This document shows, piece after piece, positions 27,310 to 37,131 of a stretch of DNA of 64,000 bases. Where the stretch lies: assembly GCA_965369655.1 (NCBI GenBank), contig CBDUQR010000006.1:19186-83185 (forward strand). Direction: 5' to 3'. The notes beneath the pieces are model-generated. The model saw only the letters and a program-made list of their open reading frames with translations. It was not told the origin of the DNA and ran no database searches. Position numbers and translations under genes: made by a program. Numbering within the stretch: the stretch's first letter is position 1; each line of letters opens with the position of its first letter. Source of the DNA: an uncultured bacterium (GTDB taxonomy: Bacteria > Zixibacteria > MSB-5A5 > JAABVY01 > JAHJOQ01).

Positions 27310-27789
27310 TCAAATCTGTACCGCCAGCGCAATCCGCTGCTGTTTCTTACCGACTCTCTTGTTGAGTTCGTCGATTACGTTGTGACATATGGTGTACGGT
27401 CCGTTCACAAACACAACCTGTTTGCCAAGCCCTCTGTCCGTGTTGATCAGCAGCGGACCCTGCAGGTTCGCCGACATCTGCGAAATGTCCCTGGGAATCG
27501 TCACTATAACATAGGTTTCGACATTCGAATCCTCGGATACCCCAATGTCTGCGAGTTCCTTGATATGCAGTTCAATTTTGTAGTTCGGAAAGAAGAAGAT
27601 CGGATTCACTATCACAAACGCAATGTTTGGATCATCAAGGGACTGCAACCACTGGAACGGCTCGGAATCTTCGCGCTGCAATATCACATACTTGTGAAAT
27701 TGCTCGAATCCGAGCAGTCCTTTCGGAAAATCAATGATCTTCTCTTCCGGAATCTCCAGTTCGCCGAATCTGAGTGTTACGATCTTCAT
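27310..27789 (-). CDS. fliW: Flagellar assembly factor FliW (CsrA antagonist)
   Basis: T.RFGE...FPKGLLGFE...F.WLQS...SANLQGPLLIN. Confidence 0.96.
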   Translation of the reverse strand: MKIVTLRFGELEIPEEKIIDFPKGLLGFEQFHKYVILQREDSEPFQWLQSLDDPNIAFVIVNPIFFFPNYKIELHIKELADIGVSEDSNVETYVIVTIPRDISQMSANLQGPLLINTDRGLGKQVVFVNGPYTICHNVIDELNKRVGKKQQRIALAVQI

Positions 27790-27796
27790 ATCACCC

Positions 27797-29743
27797 CTAT
27801 CTCAAGAAATCGAGTAGTGTCGGTTGAATTATTTTGCCTGCGGCCTGGAGAGCAGCATGATAGATATTCTCCTGCTGTGCCAGGTCGGCAACGAGCCTGA
27901 TAATATCGGCGTCTTCTACCTCGGAGAGAAGCTTCGTAAACTCCAGGCTGTATTCCGTCAGCCTTATCTCGGTAGTCTGTAGTCGAATGAGCTTTGCGCC
28001 CGCCGACGCGCGATGGTTCAATGTTTCATCTATGCTGCGATCAAGCCCCTCGATTACCGAGCTGATGGATTCTGCGTCGTCGTTCCGCAGAGCATTCATC
28101 AGAACCATCAGGTTGCCCATCACATCCGGCGAGCCGGAAATGCCAAGGAACTTCGCAGGCTTGCTCTCCGTGACGTCTTCTATGATCAGCGTTCTCGTCG
28201 GATCGGTATTTTCAATCGAGATGCCCTTGCCTATCGAGTTGATCGAGGCATTGATCGAGAGTCCGGTCGTGTTGAAAGCATTGATCAGATCCTGCAGAGT
28301 AACAAGCGGCAAAGCCCCGAGATTGAGTTGAGTTGACGTGTCGCCCTGCTTGATCATCAGGGTATCGAGAACTGCTCCGAGTCCGTTGTTCAGAAGCGAC
28401 AGCGGCGTAGTCAGGGTCAATATCGGATCGAGGTCCTCCCCTACATGGGCGATATTGAATGATCCGAGCAGCCCGAGGTCGCCTGCGGTCGTTTCGCCGG
28501 GAGCGTTCTCCTCGACCCTGAATTCCGGTAGTGGATTGAGATCCCCTCCCACGAGCAGAGCGCCGATGTTTCCCGAAAGGCCCAAGTCTTCGGCGGTCGT
28601 GTTGCCCTGCTCAAACTCCGATATCATCAGGCCGAGCGGCACGCCGTTGTTGTCCTGAATTTGCAGCCCGGTGCTCGCAGCGTTCAGCGAGACTACAACA
28701 TTGTTGACCTGCGGATCCGGATGCGATTGAAGCTCGTTGTTGATGGCATTTATCACATCGTCCAGATTCAATGCTGAACTGAGATCGATTTCGATCCTTA
28801 TCGACTGATCTGCATTCTGAATAATAAACTTTGGCGGATTCATGTCCACACCCATGCCATTGTTCAGATTTTCGAGTGGGGTGACAACGCTCACTTCAGG
28901 CCGCGCCGTTCCGGTCAGTTTCAGATTGTTGCCTTCGAGTCCCAGCGCCACAATCAGATTTGTGATATCATTGGGAGGCGACGCCGGTAACTGCGCGTTG
29001 ATCTCGTTGATAACGTCACCGACCGTCACTGCAGCGGAAATGTCGACGTTCACCGTTATCCCGAGGTTCACATCCACGAACCTGACGATCCCGGTCGAGA
29101 GATCGACGCCGTTTCCTCCGTTCAGTTCGGACAATGGCGTGGCGGCGTCGATACCCGCATTCAGATCGCAATTGTCTCCGAGCAGACCGAATGGCGCCGT
29201 CAACAGACTCGATCCAATCGTGTTGATGGAAATGCGAGTATTGGTTTCGATCTCGATGTTTATGCTTCCATTGTCGCCCTCGTAGACAACCCCAAGACTC
29301 GTGGAACGGAACGCCGTCGTAGTCGTCATCTGTCCGGAGAACAAGTACCTGTTGCCGAGCTGCGTGTTGCCCGACTGAAGCATCTGGTCGAATATGGATT
29401 CTATCTCGTTCGCAGCGGCGCGCCGAGCTGTACTATCATAGTCGGCATTCGCGAGTTGAACCGCGATCGACTTGGCGTCGATCAGAAGGCTGTTCATATC
29501 CGCAACTGCAAGATCGACATGAGACAGCCATGACTTCGCGTGCATAATATTTTTCTGGTACTGCTCGAACTGAGCCAGCCTCGATCGGTAGCCGAGACCT
29601 TTGATCGTACCGATCGGGTCGTCGGACGGTCTATTGATCCGCCGACCAGTCGACATCATATTTTCGAGTACCATGAACCGGTCAATGCCCCGCGAAAGGT
29701 TGGCAATTACCTGGTCCGAAATCATCTTGTTTGTTACTCTCAT
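27797..29743 (-). CDS. flgL: Hook-associated protein FlgL (648 aa, expanded)
   Basis: MRVTNKM...STGRRINRPSDDP...RYLFSG...LLSEVEDAD...LLDFLR. Confidence 0.95.
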   Translation of the reverse strand: MRVTNKMISDQVIANLSRGIDRFMVLENMMSTGRRINRPSDDPIGTIKGLGYRSRLAQFEQYQKNIMHAKSWLSHVDLAVADMNSLLIDAKSIAVQLANADYDSTARRAAANEIESIFDQMLQSGNTQLGNRYLFSGQMTTTTAFRSTSLGVVYEGDNGSINIEIETNTRISINTIGSSLLTAPFGLLGDNCDLNAGIDAATPLSELNGGNGVDLSTGIVRFVDVNLGITVNVDISAAVTVGDVINEINAQLPASPPNDITNLIVALGLEGNNLKLTGTARPEVSVVTPLENLNNGMGVDMNPPKFIIQNADQSIRIEIDLSSALNLDDVINAINNELQSHPDPQVNNVVVSLNAASTGLQIQDNNGVPLGLMISEFEQGNTTAEDLGLSGNIGALLVGGDLNPLPEFRVEENAPGETTAGDLGLLGSFNIAHVGEDLDPILTLTTPLSLLNNGLGAVLDTLMIKQGDTSTQLNLGALPLVTLQDLINAFNTTGLSINASINSIGKGISIENTDPTRTLIIEDVTESKPAKFLGISGSPDVMGNLMVLMNALRNDDAESISSVIEGLDRSIDETLNHRASAGAKLIRLQTTEIRLTEYSLEFTKLLSEVEDADIIRLVADLAQQENIYHAALQAAGKIIQPTLLDFLR

Positions 29744-29799
29744 GATTCAACTCGTCTCTCTGAGATTTCCCGTCTATCGCTTACAATTGGCTTGAGCCG

Positions 29800-30123
29800 T
29801 TACTCCGAAGGTCGCTTGCCCTGCCGGTTCGATTTGTCGCCCGGCTTATACTTAATATCGGCCTTCTTGTCGTCATCTTTGATTTCGCCCTTGTACTTAT
29901 CTCGCAACAGCCTTACGACGCTGCCAAGATCTTCCTTCTCGGAATTCGACGCCTTCCTGTTCTCGTTCTGGATCTTGACGTAGATTTCCTCTCGATGCAC
30001 AACGACTTTCAATGGGGCTTCGATACCGATTCGTACCTGCCTGCCGTAGATTCCGAGGACGGTTACCTTGATATTGTCCCCGATCGTTATGCTCTCTCCC
30101 AACTTCCGTGTCAGAATTAGCAC
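29800..30123 (-). CDS. csrA: Carbon storage regulator CsrA with C-terminal extension
   Basis: [16 protein letters not shown]...VRIGIEAP...VHREEIY..IQ.EN. Confidence 0.97.
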   Translation of the reverse strand: MLILTRKLGESITIGDNIKVTVLGIYGRQVRIGIEAPLKVVVHREEIYVKIQNENRKASNSEKEDLGSVVRLLRDKYKGEIKDDDKKADIKYKPGDKSNRQGKRPSE

Positions 30124-30147
30124 TTTGTCACCTTTCTCACCCGGTCA

Positions 30148-31542
30148 CTACCTTGTGACTCCCATGCCACCGATCACGACACCCAATGCCTCATCCATAA
30201 ACGTAATGACTCTCGCTGCTGCCGCGTAGGCATGCTGAAATTTGATAAGATTCGCCATCTCCTCATCCAGCGACACACCCTGCACCGATTGTCGCAGGTT
30301 CTCTATCTGTTCAACAAGAAGCGTGTAGTTACGCGTTTGATCATCAGCTTCCCTGACCCGTATCCCGATCGTGCCGACCATCGAGCTGTAGAACTCCCCG
30401 ATAGTCGCTGTGCCGTTATTCATGACGCGATCTACCTTCAGTATGTTAGCTATTGCGAGCGCATTCGACCCGTCGCCCGGCGCTCCGCTCTGCGAGACGG
30501 CAATCAGGTTCGGCTCGTTTTCGATCTCAACATTGAGCGTAATCTGATCGGCATCGGTAAGGAAGGGATCGAAGAAGTTGATTCCGGTTGTCACACCGTC
30601 GAGAGCATAACCCGAACTGTGCTGATTGTTTATCTCCCGTGCCACCGTCTCAGACAGCGTATTGAGGTCTGAGATATGCCTGGGGATGATCTCGTCGCGC
30701 AATTCGAAGAGGGCTCTCATTTCGCCGTTGAGAAATCCAATCTGGATATCCGTCTTTTCCCACACTATCTCAGTCTGCGTAGTGTTGTTCGCCCCAACTA
30801 TACGCCCTTCCAGAGGCAGGAGATGCGTGCCATTGACAAACCCCATCGAACCGATATAGACATTCACTCTTCCGACATGATCCTCTCGCGTGTTCACGTC
30901 TGCGTACTGCGAAAGATTGTCGATCAGGAGGTTTCGTCTGTCACGTAAATCGTTCGCTTTCTGAGTGCCGAGTTCGGCGAAGGCAATCTGCCTGTTGAGA
31001 TCGGCAATCTCAGCCCCGAGATTGTTTATCTCACTGAGCCTGCTCTGGATATCCACATCGAGGGACTGTGCAAGCTGCGATAATTGACTGTGAGTCTGAT
31101 GAAAGGCATTGGTCAGCAGGTGCGACTGTTGTACCAGAGCTTCTCTTGTTTCCGGAGCCTCCGGATTGCTCGCCAGATCCTGCCACGCGGCCCAGAAATC
31201 GTTCAGTATCGCGCCAAGACCCGAATCACTCGGCTCATTGAGATAGCTCTCGATCTGGACGAGAGTGCGCGCCTTAGCGCTCCACCTGCCCAGATTCTGA
31301 TTCTCATCCCGCCACCTGTTCGTCAGGAAGTGATCGCGGACGGATTCGATTGACACAACGTCGACTCCGGCGCCAACCGGTCCCCTGACAGTATCAAACG
31401 GCATCGATGGCGACATCAGGACACGTTGTCGTGTGTAGCCGGGAGTATTCACATTCGCGATGTTGTGTCCGGCTGTGTTGAGTGCCAGTTGGTGCGCGAG
31501 GAGAGCTTTTTTTCCTGTCTCTATTCCCTGAAACAGTGACAT
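30148..31542 (-). CDS. flgK: Hook-associated protein FlgK
   Basis: GHNIANVNTPGYTRQ...NDLRDRR...GVSLDEEMANLIKFQHAY. Confidence 0.97.
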   Translation of the reverse strand: MSLFQGIETGKKALLAHQLALNTAGHNIANVNTPGYTRQRVLMSPSMPFDTVRGPVGAGVDVVSIESVRDHFLTNRWRDENQNLGRWSAKARTLVQIESYLNEPSDSGLGAILNDFWAAWQDLASNPEAPETREALVQQSHLLTNAFHQTHSQLSQLAQSLDVDIQSRLSEINNLGAEIADLNRQIAFAELGTQKANDLRDRRNLLIDNLSQYADVNTREDHVGRVNVYIGSMGFVNGTHLLPLEGRIVGANNTTQTEIVWEKTDIQIGFLNGEMRALFELRDEIIPRHISDLNTLSETVAREINNQHSSGYALDGVTTGINFFDPFLTDADQITLNVEIENEPNLIAVSQSGAPGDGSNALAIANILKVDRVMNNGTATIGEFYSSMVGTIGIRVREADDQTRNYTLLVEQIENLRQSVQGVSLDEEMANLIKFQHAYAAAARVITFMDEALGVVIGGMGVTR

Positions 31543-31567
31543 CCGATACCAGATCCTTTCCTATGGG

Positions 31568-32065
31568 TCATGCCCTACGATCTACCACTATACTCTGTCG
31601 GGACTGATCGACCTCTCCACCGTTCTTGTAGGTCGGTACTTCGACGCCGCTCGAGGCCAGCATCCGCACAGTCCCGTCGATATGCTCCATTGATTTCTTG
31701 ATCAGGAACTCGTTTCTGTCTCGCGCCTTGCTGACTCGTTCGTGAAGACTCAGAAGTGATTTCTGCATCTTCTCGAGTTTCTCTGACTGCGGAGCCGCAA
31801 ATGTCGCCGCAATTTTCGACAGTGTCATGTCTGCCGGATCGTTATCGGTCCTTTCCGATATCGCCTCAACCACCCGTATGCGTGACGCTTCGAGATCTTT
31901 CAGAGCGAGAATCGCTTCCTCCTGCTTCTTCACCACCCTGTTCAGGTTTTCAACATCATTACCGACCAGATAGTCCTGCTGCTCGGTGAGAAGTTTGAGG
32001 AACAACTCGAATTGTTCCACCTCTCGCGCAACGACATCGGTCAGTTTCTTAAGCAGCGATTCCAC
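31568..32065 (-). CDS. flgN: Flagellar export chaperone FlgN
   Basis: Helical protein directly upstream of flgK; LE..R...TLS...N..LI...TY...VDRRA pattern. Confidence 0.8.
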   Translation of the reverse strand: MESLLKKLTDVVAREVEQFELFLKLLTEQQDYLVGNDVENLNRVVKKQEEAILALKDLEASRIRVVEAISERTDNDPADMTLSKIAATFAAPQSEKLEKMQKSLLSLHERVSKARDRNEFLIKKSMEHIDGTVRMLASSGVEVPTYKNGGEVDQSRQSIVVDRRA

Positions 32066-32113
32066 ATTTTCTCCCGGTTGTTTCTTCGGATCAAATTGCT
32101 CACAACTTGATCA

Positions 32114-32950
32114 CTATTTTGATGGATCCTGTCCCAAGTCCATGTCACCTTTTAACAAATCGAGCACCTTCTCGACATAGCTCGTCGTCTCGGAGTACGG
32201 CGGCACCCCCCTATACCTGTCGACAGCGCCAGGACCCGCGTTGTAGGCTGCAAGCGCAAGCCTGACATCTCCCGAGTACTTCCGCAGCAGACTGCTCAGG
32301 TACTTCGTTCCGCCCTCGATATTTTGGCGTGGATTAAAAACGTCTGTCACGCCCATATCATTCGCTGTCGTGTCGGTAAGCTGCATCAGACCTTTCGCGC
32401 CTCGATTCGAGACAGCGAACTTATCCCCCGCCGACTCGACCCGGATCACCGCCTTTATCAGATCGGAACTGACCCCGTACTGTCGTGCAACGCGCTCGAC
32501 GAGCCTGTCCACTGTTGTTGTCGAAGATGGAGTCGGCAGTTTCAGACGCTCAGTATCTATCGGCCTGAATCTCATGTCACTTCCATTGAGTCGATTTGAT
32601 CCCTGCGAATCAGTCTTCTCGACCTGACCTGGTGTGACATTGATAGTGGGGATTTCAAGGTTCTCGATTCGTTCCAGCCCACTCATCAAGGTCCTTGCAA
32701 TGCCGAACGAACCGGTCTCGCCTATCTTGGTGGCGAGTGCATCGTCCGCTATCGACATAAATATGTCTTTGCCGAAACCGCTCTCCTTATCGTTGCCCGA
32801 AACGAACGACGCCTTCATCGTCCTGAGAAGTTGATAGACAAACAGCGACTCGAATTCACGAGCAGCTTTTTCGAGCTTGAGTCTCCTCGCTTCGGGAGAC
32901 TGCCCGATTCCCTTCTGTAGCGGAGTATGATTGTTGACCTGCGTCAGCAT
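32114..32950 (-). CDS. flgJ: FlgJ rod-binding domain fused to an SLT lytic transglycosylase
   Basis: LEKAAREFESLFVYQLLRTM (rod-binding); VIRVES...AVS.RGAKGLMQL...ALAAYNAGPG (SLT); follows flgI. Confidence 0.82.
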   Translation of the reverse strand: MLTQVNNHTPLQKGIGQSPEARRLKLEKAAREFESLFVYQLLRTMKASFVSGNDKESGFGKDIFMSIADDALATKIGETGSFGIARTLMSGLERIENLEIPTINVTPGQVEKTDSQGSNRLNGSDMRFRPIDTERLKLPTPSSTTTVDRLVERVARQYGVSSDLIKAVIRVESAGDKFAVSNRGAKGLMQLTDTTANDMGVTDVFNPRQNIEGGTKYLSSLLRKYSGDVRLALAAYNAGPGAVDRYRGVPPYSETTSYVEKVLDLLKGDMDLGQDPSK

Positions 32951-32965
32951 TGCCTCTCCCGGATT

Positions 32966-34081
32966 CTACAGTATGATGAGTTCCGCTCTCAGCGCGCCCG
33001 CCTGTTTCAAAGCCTGGAAAATCGCGATGATATCTCTCGGAGTGGCTCCTATCGCATTCAGCGCAGCGGCGACTTCCGAGATGTTTGTCCTCTCTTCGAG
33101 ACAAACGATTCGAGCATCCTCATCCTCGACATCGATGAAGCTTTCCTGGGTCTCGACTGTCCTGCCCTGCGAGAACGGCGCTGGCTGCGAAATGACCGGG
33201 ACTGAGTGAACAGATATCGTGATAGTACCATGCGCCAGCGCGACCGGAGCAATCGAGACATTTTCGCCTGCGACGATAGTGCCTGTCTTCTCGTTTATCA
33301 CTACGCGTGCAGAGATATCAGGCTTGATAGTCAAATTCTCGATAGTAGACACAAACTCCACCCAGCCCGATCTCATCTGCAACGAATCGGGCACGAGAAG
33401 CTCTACAGTGCGTGCGTCGAGTGGATAGGCGCTTCCGGGAAAAACATCGTTGATCTTGTCCTTCAGCCGGTGTGCCGTAGTGAAGTCGGGATTGATCAGG
33501 CTGAGTTGCAGGATTTTGAAATCGAAATCCTCCATCGGAAAGCCTGCCTCGACATGGAAACCGTTCGGGATGCGACCGACTAACGTGTAGTTCTTGACGA
33601 TCTTGTTGTTGTCGTCAACCTGAACATTGAAACCGCCGATTGAGACAGATCCTAAGGCATAACCGAAATTCTCTCCCGACAGCGATTTCATCGGTGTCAT
33701 CAGCAGCGTACCGCCTTTGAGGGAAGTAGCATCGCCAAGGGAGGAGACAGTGCAGTCGATGCTACTCCCCTTCTTCGTGCCAGGAGGAAGGCCAGCCGTC
33801 ACTGCGACAGCGGCCACGTTTTTTACTTTCACCTTGTTGACCGGAACGGTCACTCCCATCCGTTCAAGCATGTTGACAAGCGACTGAACCGTAAAGGTCG
33901 ATCCCTTGCCGTCGCCGGTCCCCTCCAATCCGACTATCAATCCATACCCGATCAACGAGACCTCATTCTGGCTGTTGATGCGGGCTATGTCTTTCACGCG
34001 TACGTCCGCCATAGCTTCCGACATGAGCCAGAGGACTGGTACAATGATTATTATCAGGGCTATTACAAGCTTCTTGCGCAT
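32966..34081 (-). CDS. flgI: Flagellar P-ring protein
   Basis: RVKDI...LIGYGLIVGL.GTGD...KNVAAV...LKGGTLLMTP...ILQA-type C-terminus. Confidence 0.97.
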   Translation of the reverse strand: MRKKLVIALIIIIVPVLWLMSEAMADVRVKDIARINSQNEVSLIGYGLIVGLEGTGDGKGSTFTVQSLVNMLERMGVTVPVNKVKVKNVAAVAVTAGLPPGTKKGSSIDCTVSSLGDATSLKGGTLLMTPMKSLSGENFGYALGSVSIGGFNVQVDDNNKIVKNYTLVGRIPNGFHVEAGFPMEDFDFKILQLSLINPDFTTAHRLKDKINDVFPGSAYPLDARTVELLVPDSLQMRSGWVEFVSTIENLTIKPDISARVVINEKTGTIVAGENVSIAPVALAHGTITISVHSVPVISQPAPFSQGRTVETQESFIDVEDEDARIVCLEERTNISEVAAALNAIGATPRDIIAIFQALKQAGALRAELIIL

Positions 34082-34090
34082 CGCATCACC

Positions 34091-34678
34091 TCAAAAAATC
34101 CAGTTCAGGAAGCGAATCACGATGCCCGGTCTCGACCCAGTCGACGCCGGACCTTTGCCGCGATATGATATCTTTGCCTCGGCGATGTTGTACGATTCGA
34201 CCGAGTTGTCCGAGTTGACATCCTGCAGTCTCACAACACCGCTCAGGGCCAGGGTCTCGGTATCGTTGTTTATCGTAATCGCCCGATTGCCTTCAATGAC
34301 AAGATCGCCGTTTGCTTTCAGCGCAACTACCTGCACCGTCATTCGCGCAGTCAGATTCCCTCGGCGAGCATTGTTGCCGGAACCTTTGTACTCGTTCTTG
34401 TTCTCTCCCGCAGCGCCGAACAGTGGTATGAAATCGAGCGTACCGATTCCTGGACCGCCTTTGGTCTCGAATGATCCTTCTTTGGTGACATTGGTTTGTG
34501 AGTTATTCGTCGCCTGTGCATCCTCATAGATTCGCACCGTAAGAATATCCCCAACGGAATGCGCCTTGATGTCTGTAAACAGGCTTCCCGTTCCGCCGAC
34601 CAGCGGCGATGCCGCGCTTACGCCAACTGAGAGGGATAACGCGACAACAACCGATATTTCAAGTATTGAAGCGCGCAT
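34091..34678 (-). CDS. flgH: Flagellar L-ring protein
   Basis: SLFTDIKAHSVGDILTV...NGDLVIEG...SGVVR..D...IAEAKISY.G.G. Confidence 0.95.
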   Translation of the reverse strand: MRASILEISVVVALSLSVGVSAASPLVGGTGSLFTDIKAHSVGDILTVRIYEDAQATNNSQTNVTKEGSFETKGGPGIGTLDFIPLFGAAGENKNEYKGSGNNARRGNLTARMTVQVVALKANGDLVIEGNRAITINNDTETLALSGVVRLQDVNSDNSVESYNIAEAKISYRGKGPASTGSRPGIVIRFLNWIF

Positions 34679-34688
34679 AACAGTTCTC

Positions 34689-35372
34689 CTATTGTCTCAC
34701 GACAGCTACGCCGGGGCCATCCACCACGGCGACTATCTTTCGCTTCGTCTGAATGTTCACCACATTGATTTGATCTCCAAGGCAGCCATCTTCCTTCGCT
34801 ACCCCGGTCGTCATAATATCCATTGCTCCAACTCTGCATTTGATCGAGATTTTATCTCCCCGGTTGATGACCGGAATTGACTCAAGCATCCCATGTTCAA
34901 GCGCCTTGCCGGACATAATCATCCTGCCTGCACGCATGCCGTCGAGCGACTCGGTGATGCTCCTCAGTTTGTCGTAGCATTTCGTCGCGTCGATTCTCTC
35001 AATCCGAAAATCTTCCTGACCAACTTGCTCATCCTTCCTGATCCTTCGAGTCGCGATAAACGCATCAGCCCAGAGTGTCACCCTGACCGGCGACGATATC
35101 GTCTTCACAACACTGCCATCGCGAATAATCTCGAATTTCAGTCCATAGACGCCACGCGGAGGTCGGCTCGTTGTGGAATAAACATGAATGTCATCTGTCG
35201 GGAGAACTGTCTCGAACGACTTATTCTCTCGCATCGTAACAGTCGAGGCATTCGGATCGAGATCGAATCGTTCGACAAGGTATTGCCTCGCAGCTTCGAC
35301 AATGCGGTCGTTGGCTCGCGTCTCCGCTGAAACCAGGCAAAGCAACAGCAATCCTATGCTAAGCAGTCGCAT
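34689..35372 (-). CDS. flgA: P-ring formation chaperone FlgA
   Basis: Signal peptide; SAF-like region; RGDKI...G.AKEDG.LGDQI.V.N; between flgG and flgH. Confidence 0.9.
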   Translation of the reverse strand: MRLLSIGLLLLCLVSAETRANDRIVEAARQYLVERFDLDPNASTVTMRENKSFETVLPTDDIHVYSTTSRPPRGVYGLKFEIIRDGSVVKTISSPVRVTLWADAFIATRRIRKDEQVGQEDFRIERIDATKCYDKLRSITESLDGMRAGRMIMSGKALEHGMLESIPVINRGDKISIKCRVGAMDIMTTGVAKEDGCLGDQINVVNIQTKRKIVAVVDGPGVAVVRQ

Positions 35373-35376
35373 GGCT

Positions 35377-36165
35377 CTATCTCTTCAGGTTGGTGGCCAT
35401 TCCTGACATCTCATCAGATGTTTGAATCGCCTTGGAGTTCACTTCGTAAGCCCGCTGTGCGACGATCATATTGACCATCTCCTGGACAACATCGACATTC
35501 GACAATTCGAGATACCCCTGTGATAGTCTGCCCAGACCATCCTCGCCCGGAGCTCCTGCAATCGGGTCTCCGGATGCGGCGCTCTGGGTATAGAGATTGT
35601 GACCCATCGCTTCGAGACCTGCCGGGTTGATAAACTTCACCAGTTCAAGCTGCCCTAATTCCTGCGGGTCAACCTGCCCGACGATTTTGGCATACACCCT
35701 GCCGTCGAACCCGACTGAGATCATCTCGGCATCATCCGGAACCGTTATCTCCGGCGTAACAAAAAAACCATCCGATGTCGAGAACTGGCCGTCCTGAGAC
35801 AGCTTGAACGAACCGTCGCGAGTGTACGCGACCGTACCATCAGGCAGCGTCACCTGGAAGAAACCGTTGCCTTCGATCGCAAGATCGAGCGGATTACCGG
35901 TCTCCGAGAGATCGCCGACTTCAAACTGTCGCACCGTAGAAACAGGCCTGGTGCCATATCCGACTTCCAGCGACGTCGGCACAACCGTACCGGTCATAGC
36001 CGATGTGCCCGCCTGCCTGATATGCTTGTACAGCATATCCTGGAACTCGAGCTTGCTTCGCTTGAATCCGGTAGTATTGACGTTCGCCAGATTGTTGGCA
36101 ATCGTATCGACATTCATCTGCTGCGCAGCCATACCGCTCGCAGCCGTTCTCATCGCTTTTATCAT
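35377..36165 (-). CDS. flgG: Distal rod protein FlgG
   Basis: IANNLANVNTTGFK...DLAIEGNGFF...YTRDGSF...LELSNVDVVQEMV. Confidence 0.97.
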   Translation of the reverse strand: MIKAMRTAASGMAAQQMNVDTIANNLANVNTTGFKRSKLEFQDMLYKHIRQAGTSAMTGTVVPTSLEVGYGTRPVSTVRQFEVGDLSETGNPLDLAIEGNGFFQVTLPDGTVAYTRDGSFKLSQDGQFSTSDGFFVTPEITVPDDAEMISVGFDGRVYAKIVGQVDPQELGQLELVKFINPAGLEAMGHNLYTQSAASGDPIAGAPGEDGLGRLSQGYLELSNVDVVQEMVNMIVAQRAYEVNSKAIQTSDEMSGMATNLKR

Positions 36166-36179
36166 TTGATCACTCTCCG

Positions 36180-36914
36180 TTATCTCTTTGAGCCAACGTC
36201 GTTGACCGTTCGCCCGAGGCTTTCGTCGATTATCTTAATTGCCTTCTGGTTTGCTTCATAAGCGCGGAAAGACGTGATCATATTCACCATTTCGCTGATA
36301 ACATCAACATTCGCGCGCTCGACATATCTCTGTCTCACGAACAGGTGTTCGGTCTCAGCCGTAACAGCGTCATTTGGAGCCTTGAACAAAGAACCGCTCA
36401 CTCGCTCCAGATTGTATGGTCTCTCGAAATCGACCAGTTCAAGCATTCCGACCTGCTGACCATCGACATTCACGACTCCATCCATGCCGATTTCGATCTT
36501 GCTGCCTGCTTCAAGGCTGATCGGCCCCGCATCGGTCATAAGGGTGTATCCATCAGGCGTGACGAGATACCCATCGGTAGAAAGTGTGAAATTGCCCGCC
36601 CTTGTGTAGAACTGCTCGCCGTCTGGCGATTCGACAATCATAAACCCGCTGCCGTCGAGCGCGATGTTCAGATCATTGCCGGTGTGTTCGAGCACGGCCT
36701 GTGAGTAATCGGTATAAATATCGCTCAGCATAGGGGTCTCCCATTCCTCCTGACTTGGCGCAATACGGTTCTCCGCTCGCGTAAGTTCTTCAGTAAACAT
36801 GCTCTGGCGCTTGTAGCCCGTAGTATTGACATTGGCGAGATTGTTGGAGATGATTTCCTGCTGTTTGATGCGTGGAAGCATCCCCGACGCCGCACGGTAC
36901 ATTCCCTTGATCAT
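36180..36914 (-). CDS. flgF: Proximal rod protein FlgF
   Basis: ISNNLANVNTTGYK...YTRAGNF...ERANVD; directly upstream of flgG. Confidence 0.9.
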   Translation of the reverse strand: MIKGMYRAASGMLPRIKQQEIISNNLANVNTTGYKRQSMFTEELTRAENRIAPSQEEWETPMLSDIYTDYSQAVLEHTGNDLNIALDGSGFMIVESPDGEQFYTRAGNFTLSTDGYLVTPDGYTLMTDAGPISLEAGSKIEIGMDGVVNVDGQQVGMLELVDFERPYNLERVSGSLFKAPNDAVTAETEHLFVRQRYVERANVDVISEMVNMITSFRAYEANQKAIKIIDESLGRTVNDVGSKR

Positions 36915-36935
36915 ACAAACCTCCGCACATCAATG

Positions 36936-36951
36936 AGCGAAAGGTATGCCA
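36936..36951 (-). promoter_or_regulatory. Sigma54 (-24/-12) promoter of the flgF operon
   Basis: TGGCAT-ACCTT-TCGCT (GG-N10-GC), about 20 nt upstream of the ATG. Confidence 0.72.
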
Positions 36952-37131
36952 CGAGCATCGACGCCCACCACCGCGCGAGACAAACTCGTCGTAAGCTTAT
37001 GTGTGGTTGTGCAATACGTCAGGGAACAACGCGCAGGAAAGACCGGCTCAGCCGTTTCTCTCGACATACAAGAGAGACATCAACAGAAATTCTTTCCAGA
37101 GCCGGGGATCAAATTTCCATTATGTGAGGGA

